Positions 21,248-32,490 of a stretch of 64,000 nucleotides of DNA are shown here, piece by piece. Both the position numbers and the translations under genes were made by a program. The stretch covers positions 8,323 to 72,322 of the forward strand of contig CALLMV010000005.1 of the NCBI GenBank assembly GCA_938005615.1, given 5' to 3'. Origin of the DNA: an uncultured Verrucomicrobiae bacterium (GTDB lineage: Bacteria; Verrucomicrobiota; Verrucomicrobiia; JADLBR01; CALLMV01). The notes below the pieces were generated by a model, which did no database searches, was not told the origin of the DNA, and was given only the letters and a program-made list of their open reading frames with translations. How positions within the stretch are numbered: the first letter of the stretch is position 1; the number at the start of each line of letters is the position of its first letter.

Positions 21248-22540
21248 TCAACGCCGCATTCCCGATGAAATTTCAAAGATACCGGAGATCATGGAATATG
21301 CGATTAACCCAACAAAAAGTGCCAGGCCAACGACGATCGCAGGTTGTATCAGTGCGGTCATTCGAGCAATCCGCCGATCTAGCTCACGATCATATCTCGC
21401 TGCAATTTTTTGTAGCGAGGCCGCTAGATCTCCCGTTTGCTCACCAACGACAACCATATCAATAAACACCGGGGGAAATTTCGCAAACCGCAGCAAGGCA
21501 CGAGAAAACGAACCACCCTCCGCCACTGCGTCTGTGACTTTTTTAATGCACTCATGCAGATATGTGTTCTTGTTGCCCGAGTTTACCAGCCGCAAGGCAT
21601 TTAGCAACGGCACACCATTGCCAACGAGTGTGGCAAGTGTCTGTGCAAACTGGGCATAAAAACGAGTGGAAAGAACCATGCCAAAGAGCGGCAGTTTGAG
21701 CTTCGCCTCGTCCCACCAGCGCCGACCGACAGGTGTCGAAGTGTGCGCGAAGAAAACAATAAGAAATGCGACAAACGCGCCTACGATAACATACCAATAG
21801 GTGGTAAGTAGCTTACTAAAATCGATTAAAATCCGCGTTACTAAAGGAAGGCTCCCACCTGTTTGACTTAGCATCTTTTCAAGCTGGGGCACGAGGAAAA
21901 CAGTAAAGAATATGACTAGCCCAATGCCCGCTGCAGTGATGAATGCTGGATACAGTAGTGATTGGATTACGCGGTTCTGCAATTCGTTCACACTGGCCAG
22001 ATAAGTCGCCTGGCGACGCAGAATCTGGTGCAACGTCCCACTCACCTCGCCCGCCGTTACGAGGTTGCAGTAAAGTTCATCGAAACTACTGGATGTCGTG
22101 CGAAGAGCCGAGGAAAAGGAAATCCCTTCACGCACCTTATTCCTCAACTCAGCAATCACCGGTTTCAGTTGGCTGAATTCTTTTCTTTGTTCCATGATGC
22201 GAAGCGCAGGTTCGAGTTGTAGGCCTGCCTCCAGTAAGTCACTCAGCTCGTCAGTAAATGTTACCAGTTGCGATTGGCTTAATGGGTTTTTGAGAGGTTG
22301 GTCACCTTTTCGCAAAGGTGCTTTGGCAGATGATGTTTTTGGGGCTGCTGATGGCGTACTTTTGCCTGAGCCGTTAGACGCCGCTTCAGATGGAGATTCT
22401 CCGCCCACAGCTTTAACCGACAAGGGTTGCATGCCTTGGCGATCAAGGATTCGAAAAACTTCAGCTTTAGAAGCAGCGCGTATTTCACCTTGCGTGCGAA
22501 CACCCGACCTTTGAACAGCCGTGTAGCTAAAAATTTGCAT
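21248..22540 (-). CDS. pilC: type II secretion / type IV pilus platform protein (GspF/PilC family)
   Basis: Two T2SSF repeats (e.g. GISFSSALRTTSSSFDELYCNLVTAGEVSGTL); 3 TM; Pro/Ser-rich insert near the N-terminus. Confidence 0.8.
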   Translation of the reverse strand: MQIFSYTAVQRSGVRTQGEIRAASKAEVFRILDRQGMQPLSVKAVGGESPSEAASNGSGKSTPSAAPKTSSAKAPLRKGDQPLKNPLSQSQLVTFTDELSDLLEAGLQLEPALRIMEQRKEFSQLKPVIAELRNKVREGISFSSALRTTSSSFDELYCNLVTAGEVSGTLHQILRRQATYLASVNELQNRVIQSLLYPAFITAAGIGLVIFFTVFLVPQLEKMLSQTGGSLPLVTRILIDFSKLLTTYWYVIVGAFVAFLIVFFAHTSTPVGRRWWDEAKLKLPLFGMVLSTRFYAQFAQTLATLVGNGVPLLNALRLVNSGNKNTYLHECIKKVTDAVAEGGSFSRALLRFAKFPPVFIDMVVVGEQTGDLAASLQKIAARYDRELDRRIARMTALIQPAIVVGLALFVGLIAYSMISGIFEISSGMRR

Positions 22541-22594
22541 CTATTATGATTATTAGCATCTCCTTGCCAAATCACAATTCCCGTTGAAAGCCCT

Positions 22595-23443
22595 TTGAAT
22601 TTACTTCAAGATGATTTAACTCGGATTTTTGCAATCCATCCTTTAATCTTAATTGTGACAGAAATTCGTCGAGTGCCACTCTCAGAGCTGCACAACATCA
22701 GGCTTGCACGCGAGTACTGGGAACTACTGGACAAACCTCCAAAAAGCGACTTCACACTCCACACGATTGCCACGAAAGAGGCACTTGGCCAGAAAACAAT
22801 GCTCGCTGAACTAGTGATAGCTGGCAAAGAAACCCGGGAAAAGTTTCCCCTCGCCGATAAATACCCTGTCCATTTTAAAAAAACCTACCTGCCAGGCGCT
22901 CTGCATCGCGACACTTCGGAAGAGTTTGCTGCCCTCAATCTCGCAAGCCAAATCCTCGAAAGCCCCGGGCCAATTGGCTATTCACCTCACACGATCCGCT
23001 CATGTTTTATTCCCGGCAAGACTCTTGACAGGCTAACACCTTTCACGTTGGAGCCTCCCGAACAGAACGTAGAAGTAGGCCGCAAATGCCCCGAGCTGCA
23101 ACTATACGGCCTGTGGATGTTGTTACGCGAGGCTTACGATAATCTTTACAAACTCCACGAAAAAAATTTCTTTCACCGCGATCTGGAATTACATAACTGC
23201 ACCTTCTGCCCACGGCCCACGAAACTCTTTTTAATTGATTTTGGTGCCGCTAACGAACTCAAACCAGGCGAAGACAGGGGAAAATTGAAATTTAACGACC
23301 TCAAACAAATCCTGACACAAGCTATCTTCGTACAGTGTGCGCTAGGAAAACAAAGTGATCCACTCGCAGAAGCTTCAATCTTGCACGCGCAAAATTTGTT
23401 CCGCGATGCCTCCTACTTTCTCCGTCGCATCGAGGAACTCTGA
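22595..23443 (+). CDS. protein-kinase-like fold protein (HRD/DFG-type motifs)
   Basis: FFHRDLELHNCTF (HRDLxxxN catalytic loop), LIDFGAANE (DFG), possible beta3 Lys in HTIATKE. No glycine-rich loop recognised; 282 aa. Confidence 0.5.
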   Translation: MNLLQDDLTRIFAIHPLILIVTEIRRVPLSELHNIRLAREYWELLDKPPKSDFTLHTIATKEALGQKTMLAELVIAGKETREKFPLADKYPVHFKKTYLPGALHRDTSEEFAALNLASQILESPGPIGYSPHTIRSCFIPGKTLDRLTPFTLEPPEQNVEVGRKCPELQLYGLWMLLREAYDNLYKLHEKNFFHRDLELHNCTFCPRPTKLFLIDFGAANELKPGEDRGKLKFNDLKQILTQAIFVQCALGKQSDPLAEASILHAQNLFRDASYFLRRIEEL

Positions 23444-23494
23444 ATAATTATCCAAACGTCCGATAAACAAAACAAAGTCGGAATTTGACAATAA

Positions 23495-24802
<1,308 letters not shown>

Positions 24803-24825
24803 AAATCGGCATCAACAAATACCAT

Positions 24826-25638
24826 TCAATGCAGCAGAAAGCCCCCTGAAGATTCCTCCACGGATGGGTTATCAGGAGCATGCTCCACAAAAATGACCTC
24901 CACTTTAACGCCTGTCAGTGGAGCGACTGCCTCCATCACCGCTTTGCGTGCTGCAGAACGCAAAGCCTCTGATGGCAACAGCCTCTGAGCAGTCTGTCGA
25001 GCGCGCTGGAGGAGAGTATTCACGTGTTCTTCACGCTCCTCAGGCCGTATGCGATTCCAAAGTCCATCAACATCACGCAAAAATTGCACTTCCTGCAATT
25101 CCACACTCAAGACTTCAGGCTCAGGCAATTCGACAATTATAACATCCTCTTTGATTAAGATCCTTGAGCGTCTGCCCAAGTCTAACCCCCCACGCGCTCG
25201 AAATTCACCAACTACTTCAAGACGTTTTGTGGAACCGAGAAATGTGTGTGTAAAAGTTCTTTCTTGCTTAAATTGCGTTTCTCGTAAAACGACGTGGCGC
25301 ACATCTGTTGACCCGTGCTCCAAGATGTCGTCCTCGAACAGTACGACAGGTTTAAAATTCAGGGCGCCACGAATACTCTCCGCAACAGCCAGACCGGCTT
25401 CACGCATCTCGTTTACACTGCTCAAAATCTGTTGCCTAGCTCCCTCGGAAATCTTCCCGGGAATCGCAAAAAATTGATTAACTAAATAAAGCACAGCACC
25501 CAGCGAGATGATCAGAACTAAAAGAATCGCTGAAAGTAAAATCGCAACAACGGACTGAGCTTTATGAGCTTTCTGAGACTGTGACTTCACCACGACAGGA
25601 TCACATCCAAGATCTGTTTTATCGTGTTCTGTATTCAC
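24826..25638 (-). CDS. hypothetical membrane-anchored protein (possibly DUF4230-like)
   Basis: N-terminal TM AILLSAILLVLIISLGAVLYLV. No catalytic motifs. The family guess is from memory only. Confidence 0.35.
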   Translation of the reverse strand: MNTEHDKTDLGCDPVVVKSQSQKAHKAQSVVAILLSAILLVLIISLGAVLYLVNQFFAIPGKISEGARQQILSSVNEMREAGLAVAESIRGALNFKPVVLFEDDILEHGSTDVRHVVLRETQFKQERTFTHTFLGSTKRLEVVGEFRARGGLDLGRRSRILIKEDVIIVELPEPEVLSVELQEVQFLRDVDGLWNRIRPEEREEHVNTLLQRARQTAQRLLPSEALRSAARKAVMEAVAPLTGVKVEVIFVEHAPDNPSVEESSGGFLLH

Positions 25639-25693
25639 CGACTAATCGAGCACCACACATCTGATTCTGCAACTGTGTTTGCTTTTTTGTTCA

Positions 25694-27583
25694 TCATCTC
25701 TTGGGAATCAAGGGCTGAATGAGATCCGCATGAAGACCTGGCGTGATCAGATATAACCCCGGGAAAAAACTCAAAACAGCTTCACAGATTCTCTTGGAAA
25801 TTCTCACAGACATTTGTTTAGCCGCTTGTCGGTCCAGATTGCGAAATGCCATCCTTACCTCATCCGGAATTGTGATGCCCGGCACTTCATTGTTCAGAAA
25901 CTCCGCATTCCTCTCATTCATAATCGGCATCACCCCGAGAAATATTGGCACACCGAATTTTGAAAGCGGGCCTGCACATCTCTCTACTAATTTCACGTCA
26001 AAAATCGGTTGCGTCATCACAAAATGCGCACCTGCCTTAAGTTTCGATTCCAGCTTTCTAAGTTGGTTGTCAAGGTTGATCGCGTTTGGGTTAAAAGAAC
26101 AACCGATCAAAAAACTCGTCTTTTCTTTCAGCTCTCGGCCAGAGTGGGTCAAGCCCTCGTTGAATTGTGAGGCAATTTTTATCAAACCGACAGAATTTAA
26201 ATCATAGACCGAAGAGGCCAGAGGGTGATCACCGACCTTCGCGGGATCTCCTGTGATGACCAAAATGTGATCCAGGCCCAGCGTGTGTAAGCCCATGAGT
26301 TCAGACTGTAACGCAATTAGGTTTCTATCGCGACATGCGATGTGAATAAGAGGTGGAAGACCTTCATTCATCATCTTGGCCCCAACAGCAAGGTTGGAAT
26401 TCCTCAAGATGGCCAGTGCGTTATCCGCTAGCGAAATCCTGTCTGCGCCAGCATCAGTCAGCTGCTTCGCTACTGTGAAGTATTTTTCGAGGGGCAGTGT
26501 TTTGGGTGTGTCCAGTTCGACTATTGTAGCGATTCCTTGGCGATATTTTTCCAACAAAGAGAGCGTTCTACGCTTCTCCGTAGCTGCAGACCTTAACTGC
26601 TCTGGTTCACTGATTTTACTTACGTATTTGTGAATCGAAACTCTCTCTACTGAAGGACTCTGACATTTGCTCTCTGCATGCAGCAAAAGACTGGCCAATT
26701 CCCTGATGTGTTCAGGAGTCGTTCCCACGCATCCGCCTATTATAGACACGCCAAAATTCACCATCTCCGCACACTTTTTAGCAAAGTATTCCGGTGTCGC
26801 ATAAAACAGGTAGTGTCCTTCCAAGTACTGCGGCTTTCCCGCATTTGGATAGACGGCAATCGGAACATTGAGAGGCGAGTTAATTTCCATCAGCACTCTC
26901 AGCGTTGATGCAGGCCCGAGGCTCGCATTCATGCCCACACAATCAGCGCCCTCTGCCTGTAGAATTTTAAAGGCCTCACTGATGTTGAGACCGCCGGAAA
27001 TTCGTCCTTCCTCACTAGGCGCGAGTAAAGTGGCGACAGGCACTTGAGGATAGTGGCGTTTACTGATCTTCAAACCACTAATTGCCTCGTTAATTGTTGT
27101 TTGTGTTTCGAGGTAGATTACATCAACTCCTGCTTCAACAAGGGCGGAAATCTGCTCTTCCAAAGCTTCAAGACTTTCAGTGCTTAAATCCTCAGTAATG
27201 CCAAGTGGTCCCACTGATCCCGCTACGAAGATGTCGCTACGATCTTTTGCCGCACGCCGGGCAATCTCAACGGACAACCGGCACAACTGCCGTGCATGCT
27301 CCTCCATACCATACCGTGCCAGGCGAATCCGATTCGCTCCAAAACTGTTTGTCTCGATAATACGTGCCCCGGCTTCAATGTATGAGCGGTGGACTCTCTC
27401 CACCAATTCAGAATCAAGAAGGTTGGCCTCCTCCACACAACGGCCTGGCGGAAGACCCATTGAGTGAAGATATGTACCCATCGCACCGTCGCCACATATC
27501 GGTTTGCCTAAAGTATCCTGAAAAACGTTTGCCACTGTACCACTCTTTTGCGAGCCTGCGGACAGGATGCAAAAGAAAAACAC
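25694..27583 (-). CDS. bifunctional homocysteine S-methyltransferase / 5,10-methylenetetrahydrofolate reductase
   Basis: N-terminal half is a Hcy-binding S-methyltransferase fold (GDGAMGT..., YIEAGARIIETNSF, Zn-ligand Cys region). C-terminal half is MetF-like (ELDTPKT, ISLADNALA, PLIHIACRDRN, LVITGDP, AGAHFVMTQPIFD). The track start is a GTG; an alternative GTG lies at 27535. Confidence 0.75.
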   Translation of the reverse strand: MFFFCILSAGSQKSGTVANVFQDTLGKPICGDGAMGTYLHSMGLPPGRCVEEANLLDSELVERVHRSYIEAGARIIETNSFGANRIRLARYGMEEHARQLCRLSVEIARRAAKDRSDIFVAGSVGPLGITEDLSTESLEALEEQISALVEAGVDVIYLETQTTINEAISGLKISKRHYPQVPVATLLAPSEEGRISGGLNISEAFKILQAEGADCVGMNASLGPASTLRVLMEINSPLNVPIAVYPNAGKPQYLEGHYLFYATPEYFAKKCAEMVNFGVSIIGGCVGTTPEHIRELASLLLHAESKCQSPSVERVSIHKYVSKISEPEQLRSAATEKRRTLSLLEKYRQGIATIVELDTPKTLPLEKYFTVAKQLTDAGADRISLADNALAILRNSNLAVGAKMMNEGLPPLIHIACRDRNLIALQSELMGLHTLGLDHILVITGDPAKVGDHPLASSVYDLNSVGLIKIASQFNEGLTHSGRELKEKTSFLIGCSFNPNAINLDNQLRKLESKLKAGAHFVMTQPIFDVKLVERCAGPLSKFGVPIFLGVMPIMNERNAEFLNNEVPGITIPDEVRMAFRNLDRQAAKQMSVRISKRICEAVLSFFPGLYLITPGLHADLIQPLIPKR

Positions 27584-28685
27584 ACGTGCTTATCTCAATG
27601 ATCCAAAACTCGACTCGGAAATCGGCAAACTCATCACGGACGCAGGTATCACTCAAGATGAGGAGCTATACCGCCAACTTATTGTAAACGTCATCAAGCT
27701 CGGCAGAGCAAAACCTCACCTTGCTGACCTGAAACTCATCGCCCGAGCACTTGGTGAGTTACGCGTAGCAGATCGCGTTTTTAAGCCTTACAGGCATATT
27801 AGAAAAATCTCTATTTTCGGTTCTGCACGCACGCTCCCCTCCCATCCTGCTTACAAGGCAGCAGAAAAATTTGGCAGGATGATGGCCGAGTCCGGTTACA
27901 TGGTGATAACAGGAGGCGGAGACGGCATTATGGGGGCAGCCCAAAAAGGCGCCGGGCGAGAACGCAGTTTCGGCCTAAACATCAAGCTACCTTTTGAACA
28001 AGCAGCTAACGACACAATTCAAGGAGACGAAAAACTCATAAACTTTCACTACTTCTTCACTAGAAAGCTTAACTTTGTAAAAGAGTCGCATGCCCTTGCC
28101 TGTTTCCCTGGTGGCTTCGGCACGATGGATGAAGCTTTCGAAACACTCACACTTATCCAAACAGGAAAAAGCAAATTGCTGCCACTCGTTTTTGTAGACA
28201 ATCAAAAAGGCAATTTCTGGAAAACCTTTGAAAAATATCTCCGTGAGCACCTCCTTAAGGATAAGCTGATTTCAGCTACAGATTTTTCGCTCTTTAAAGT
28301 GACCGATTCCCTCGAGGAAGCTCAAGAGGAAGTCCTGCGATTTTACTCAAACTTCCACTCCTACCGCTTCGTCGGGGAACAGCTCGTCATTAGAATGCAG
28401 CGTCAGCTCCCTCAAGTCGCGCTGGATAAAATTGAAAAAGACTTTGCCGATATTTGTAAGTCCCACTGCAAGGAACATCCTGCAATAAAATCTCAAACTG
28501 AAAACGACAGCCAAGAAGAGGCTTCCGAAATGCCTCGCTCTGCTGGCATTCTCAAGGCCTGTCTTGCTTTGCCTCAAGAAATCAATGAACCAGAAATTGC
28601 CCACCTACCCCGATTGTGTGTACCTTTCGACCGTAAACAATTCGGTCGCCTGCGTGAGCTGATTAACTTCATTAACAATTACTAA
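27567..28685 (+). CDS. LOG-family nucleotide 5'-monophosphate nucleosidase, PpnN-like (LOG core with N- and C-terminal extensions)
   Basis: LOG motifs IFGSAR, VITGGGDGIMGAAQKGA and PGGFGTMDEAFETL. About 70 aa N-terminal and 130 aa C-terminal extra regions as in PpnN/YgdH. Confidence 0.65.
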   Translation: MQKKNTRAYLNDPKLDSEIGKLITDAGITQDEELYRQLIVNVIKLGRAKPHLADLKLIARALGELRVADRVFKPYRHIRKISIFGSARTLPSHPAYKAAEKFGRMMAESGYMVITGGGDGIMGAAQKGAGRERSFGLNIKLPFEQAANDTIQGDEKLINFHYFFTRKLNFVKESHALACFPGGFGTMDEAFETLTLIQTGKSKLLPLVFVDNQKGNFWKTFEKYLREHLLKDKLISATDFSLFKVTDSLEEAQEEVLRFYSNFHSYRFVGEQLVIRMQRQLPQVALDKIEKDFADICKSHCKEHPAIKSQTENDSQEEASEMPRSAGILKACLALPQEINEPEIAHLPRLCVPFDRKQFGRLRELINFINNY

Positions 28686-28688
28686 CAT

Positions 28689-29435
28689 TCACCCTGTACT
28701 GTTTAGCCGAGATTTACAGGAGACGATAAACCCTGTTTCGATATCGCCCAGTACCTCAGTGCCCTTCCCTTCAGTAATCCAATGGTGCCATCCCGTGAGT
28801 GCACAAAGCATCGCGTCCGTTTGGTCTTCAAGATTTTTACTCCACGGTTTGATTGAGAGAAAACGTTGCAGGTCTATATCTGGACTGACTCCATAAAAAA
28901 AGTTTTCCAGCGAATGGAGCAAGAGCCGCTGATATCTACCGAATTCGCGCCGTCTTTCGCATACCTTGCCCTTTTTATATTTAAGAATACGTCCAATTCC
29001 AAACACATGGAGCGTGCTGATATGCGGGTAGACTTCGATCAAAGTTACCCGATCTCTCCTCACCTCAGGCGTTAATAAAAAACCGCAATCCTCCAGTTTT
29101 TCTGCAAGCACAACCGGCCTGGTTATTTTATCCAGATACGCGGGGTGGCAACCTGCATGTTGTTTTCGGTACAATACATGAGTCAGCCGGTCCACGGGTC
29201 TCATTCCCTTTTTGTTTTTTATGATAAGAGGTGCATCCACCGAAATAACCCCACTTGAAAACCCCTGGGTCAATCTTTGTATGTTTTCCAGCAACACATC
29301 ATTCCCCCAACTTAAAAAACAATCATTCACGTGCAGTGATTGACCGTCCCACACAAAGCAAAACAACCCATCAGGGTTGCGCTCACCCCAAGCCAAATCC
29401 ACTCCCACAAAAATCGCGCTATGCGATTCAATCAT
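28689..29435 (-). CDS. DUF429-like (predicted RNase-H-fold) protein
   Basis: IFVGVDLAWGE at the N-terminus, VDAPLI, and a C-terminal DQTDAMLCALTG pattern reminiscent of DUF429. Assigned from memory. Confidence 0.4.
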   Translation of the reverse strand: MIESHSAIFVGVDLAWGERNPDGLFCFVWDGQSLHVNDCFLSWGNDVLLENIQRLTQGFSSGVISVDAPLIIKNKKGMRPVDRLTHVLYRKQHAGCHPAYLDKITRPVVLAEKLEDCGFLLTPEVRRDRVTLIEVYPHISTLHVFGIGRILKYKKGKVCERRREFGRYQRLLLHSLENFFYGVSPDIDLQRFLSIKPWSKNLEDQTDAMLCALTGWHHWITEGKGTEVLGDIETGFIVSCKSRLNSTG

Positions 29436-29517
29436 ACAATATCAGAATCGTTTTTCGAATTAGCAAAACGTAATAAAGTTAATCGGGACTGTAAAAGAGG
29501 GGCATGATCAACTTAAT

Positions 29518-29826
29518 TTAATCATTATCTTCTTTGCGATGATACCAGAAACGGGCAAGCAAATGGCTCGCCACCGGTACTGTAATCCCCTGGAAAACAA
29601 TAACTGCTATAGCCTTCAAAGCGATATCCAATGTCTCAGCACTTAACCAAAACCCGATAAGCAAAATCGTAATGCCAAAGACCATACCCTTACCTAATGC
29701 ATGAGAGCGGCAGTAAGGATCTGGAAACCTCATGATGCCCAACATCGAGGAAAAAATCGCGAAAGCCCCCAACAGCATTACGATCGGGGAAATCCAGTCC
29801 CTCATGAGATTGATAAAATCATCCAT
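29518..29826 (-). CDS. mrpG: Na+/H+ antiporter subunit G (Mrp/Mnh)
   Basis: GIMRFPDPYCRSHALGKG matches the MnhG/PhaG signature. The start is placed at the internal ATG, giving an 8-nt overlap with mrpF. Confidence 0.8.
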   Translation of the reverse strand: MDDFINLMRDWISPIVMLLGAFAIFSSMLGIMRFPDPYCRSHALGKGMVFGITILLIGFWLSAETLDIALKAIAVIVFQGITVPVASHLLARFWYHRKEDND

Positions 29827-30130
29827 CACTTTGATTTTCCTCCGCAGAATTTTTTTGGGCGTCGGTACCGTTCTCCTTGAGGTAATTAACAAATGCTACA
29901 GTTGTAAGAAAACCTAGAAGAGAAATTACAAGCAGCAGATCTAGGTAAACAGTAGTGCGCCATACAAAAGAAAGCAGCGCCAGAAATCCTACAGCACACA
30001 AAACCACAGCATCCAACGCAACGATCCTGTCCACAACGGAAGGTCCAATCACCAACCGCATTATTCCCATGAACAAAGACATCCCAACGAGCACGAAACT
30101 GGCTATTATTAAGAGAGTCTGAGCTGTCAT
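29819..30130 (-). CDS. mrpF: Na+/H+ antiporter subunit F
   Basis: About 100-aa three-TM protein in the canonical position; 4-nt overlap with mrpE. Confidence 0.7.
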   Translation of the reverse strand: MTAQTLLIIASFVLVGMSLFMGIMRLVIGPSVVDRIVALDAVVLCAVGFLALLSFVWRTTVYLDLLLVISLLGFLTTVAFVNYLKENGTDAQKNSAEENQSDG

Positions 30131-30612
30131 ATTCTAGTTACTCCGGTTATTGCGTTCTCTAGCGCATCGCGTATAGAACTCTTCGAAGCCTCAACATCAA
30201 CACTGTCCAGCACATGAATTCGTAAAACGTCGTAATTTTCTCCAATAAAATCTATCGTCACAGTCCCAGGAGTTAGTGTGATAAAGTGTCCGAGCAACAA
30301 AGCCTCAGCCCTTGTGAGGTGCTGGGTGTCGTAAGTGAAAAAAGTACTTTGGGGTTTTGAAGCTCTACGACTCCAAGCCAGACTAAGCACTGCAAGAGAC
30401 GATATCACCACCTCACGAACCAGCACCCAAAACAATCTGCCGAGTGCCAATACGCGCCTCACATAGCGCTCTGCCCTAAGCAAGCTTTGGAAGACAAAAA
30501 TTAATAAAAATCCCGTAAGCCAACCAGCCAGAAACCTCTCCAAAGAAGGCCTGTCTCCAAGGAACAACCACAAAACAGCAATAGCCAAATTCAAAAAGCC
30601 AGGCACACCCAT
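30127..30612 (-). CDS. mrpE: Na+/H+ antiporter subunit E
   Basis: Position in the operon, size and MnhE-like profile. The start is moved to the ATG at 30612 to avoid a 56-nt overlap with mrpD. Confidence 0.65.
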   Translation of the reverse strand: MGVPGFLNLAIAVLWLFLGDRPSLERFLAGWLTGFLLIFVFQSLLRAERYVRRVLALGRLFWVLVREVVISSLAVLSLAWSRRASKPQSTFFTYDTQHLTRAEALLLGHFITLTPGTVTIDFIGENYDVLRIHVLDSVDVEASKSSIRDALENAITGVTRI

Positions 30613-30613
30613 C

Positions 30614-32122
30614 TCACAGCCCCCTTCTATCCCAACCTCCAAGCACAGCTTGGCGGTACGCTGCGGCATCTAACATCTGCTCGCCGGCGCGCAAACAAAA
30701 ACCAACAAAATGTTGAGCAACCAAACCCATACCAAGGGAAATAAGTACCAATACACCCATGGCAAGACTCATCCCCTTCCACCCCTTTTTCTTCAGATCT
30801 GGCTCATAACCCGCAACCGCATCCTTCCAGTAGGCACCTAACCAGATCTTCAACATACTGAACAACGTCAGTACACTGACGGCAAGAGCTAGCGCTGCCA
30901 GAAAAAATTCACGTAGACGTATACCCTCCAAGACAATCATGTACTTCCCCCAGAAACCACTCAGCGGCGGTATCCCTGCCAAACTCAGAGCTTGTAGCAG
31001 AAAAATCAAACCTAAGAGCGGAGCTAATTTCCAGAGACCACCTGTTTTCTTCAGCTCATCTGTTCCATTTAACACAATAACAACACCACCATTGAGCAGT
31101 AGACATGATTTTACGAAAATGTTGTGTAAAATAAAAAACAAGCACGCAGCAAATGCATATGGAGTGTAGAAGCCTACGGCCAAGATCATGTACCCAATTT
31201 GACTCAGAATGTGATAGGATAAAATCGACTGCACGCCCCCACGAGACACCGCTCCCAAAACACCCAAAAGCATAGTTACACCCCCCATCCACATCAAAAC
31301 CAGGTAATGATAATCCAAATTTGGCGGGAACACAGTACCCGTGAAACGCATCAGCAAATAAACACCTAATTTGGTCAGCAATCCTCCAAACAGCCCAAGC
31401 ACAGGAGCAGGCAAAGTCGGGTAGCTGTTTGGTAACCAGAAATACAAAGGAAAAGCCCCAGCTTTAATTGCAAACACAGTCAAAATCAATGCTGCCAACA
31501 CAGCACCTCTTCCATCGCCCGTGGTCTCAAGCATTCTTTCAGAAAGCAATGCCAGGTTCAGCGTCCCGTAAGATGCGTACACCGCCCCGCACGCCATCAA
31601 AAAGAATGAGCTTCCAAGTACATTCAACGCCAAAAAAGGATAACTCTGCTTCACATCCCAATCATCGGCCTCCAGAGACATCAAGGCATAAGAAGCCAGC
31701 AACAAAACCTCAAAAGCCACAAATAAATTAAACAAATCCCCTGCAAAAAAAGACAGGTTCACACCCACCATCAAAAACTGTATCAAAACACCTCGCAGAG
31801 GGTGCTCGGTTGAAGCAAGCGTTTGAAAAAATGAATAAGCCACGCAGACCAGCGCCAAAGTCGCACCAGCCAACACAAGTAACGAAGACGTCATATCAGC
31901 CACTACCACAATCCCGACAAACGGGCCCCAACTGCCAAGCGAGTGCACAACGTAACCAACGTCCGAGCACGTCAGGACCAGCATCCACGCCAAAACAACC
32001 TGTAGAGAACTAGCCACAAGGAGCAGGCCTCTGCGCAGCAAACATCTTCTCCTCAAAAGCAGCAAAAATGCCGCACTGAAAAGTGGCATTAACAATAGCC
32101 CTATAAGCAGCAGCGAGTTCAT
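30614..32122 (-). CDS. mrpD: Na+/H+ antiporter subunit D (NuoM/ND4-like)
   Basis: 14-TM proton-pumping antiporter-like subunit, 502 aa. Confidence 0.8.
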   Translation of the reverse strand: MNSLLLIGLLLMPLFSAAFLLLLRRRCLLRRGLLLVASSLQVVLAWMLVLTCSDVGYVVHSLGSWGPFVGIVVVADMTSSLLVLAGATLALVCVAYSFFQTLASTEHPLRGVLIQFLMVGVNLSFFAGDLFNLFVAFEVLLLASYALMSLEADDWDVKQSYPFLALNVLGSSFFLMACGAVYASYGTLNLALLSERMLETTGDGRGAVLAALILTVFAIKAGAFPLYFWLPNSYPTLPAPVLGLFGGLLTKLGVYLLMRFTGTVFPPNLDYHYLVLMWMGGVTMLLGVLGAVSRGGVQSILSYHILSQIGYMILAVGFYTPYAFAACLFFILHNIFVKSCLLLNGGVVIVLNGTDELKKTGGLWKLAPLLGLIFLLQALSLAGIPPLSGFWGKYMIVLEGIRLREFFLAALALAVSVLTLFSMLKIWLGAYWKDAVAGYEPDLKKKGWKGMSLAMGVLVLISLGMGLVAQHFVGFCLRAGEQMLDAAAYRQAVLGGWDRRGL

Positions 32123-32490
32123 TTCTCAGCCTCCTCTGGCTCAATCAGAAAAGTCTCCCGAGATTTTGAGTACAAATCTTCTGAATTTGTCGTTCCACAT
32201 GCCTTGAACAGCCGGTAAAACAGCATGACCATGTACCCGAGCACACCAAAGCCGATCACAATAGCAGTCAACACTAACGCCTGCGGCAAGGGATCCACAA
32301 ATGGCCCATCCTTGATCACCACAGGAGCTTGCCTCTGATCAGGACTACCAGACATCAGAAGTACAAACATATTCACAGCGTTAGAAAGCATCGCAAATCC
32401 CAAAAGAATTCGAACAAAGCTGCTTTGCAAAATTAAATATATCGAGCACCCCACCAGAAGCCCCACCATGATGATTGATTCCTCAAGCAT
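32119..32490 (-). CDS. mrpC: Na+/H+ antiporter subunit C (NuoK-like)
   Basis: Three-TM NuoK-like protein; start placed at the internal ATG (MLEESIIM...). Confidence 0.75.
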   Translation of the reverse strand: MLEESIIMVGLLVGCSIYLILQSSFVRILLGFAMLSNAVNMFVLLMSGSPDQRQAPVVIKDGPFVDPLPQALVLTAIVIGFGVLGYMVMLFYRLFKACGTTNSEDLYSKSRETFLIEPEEAEK

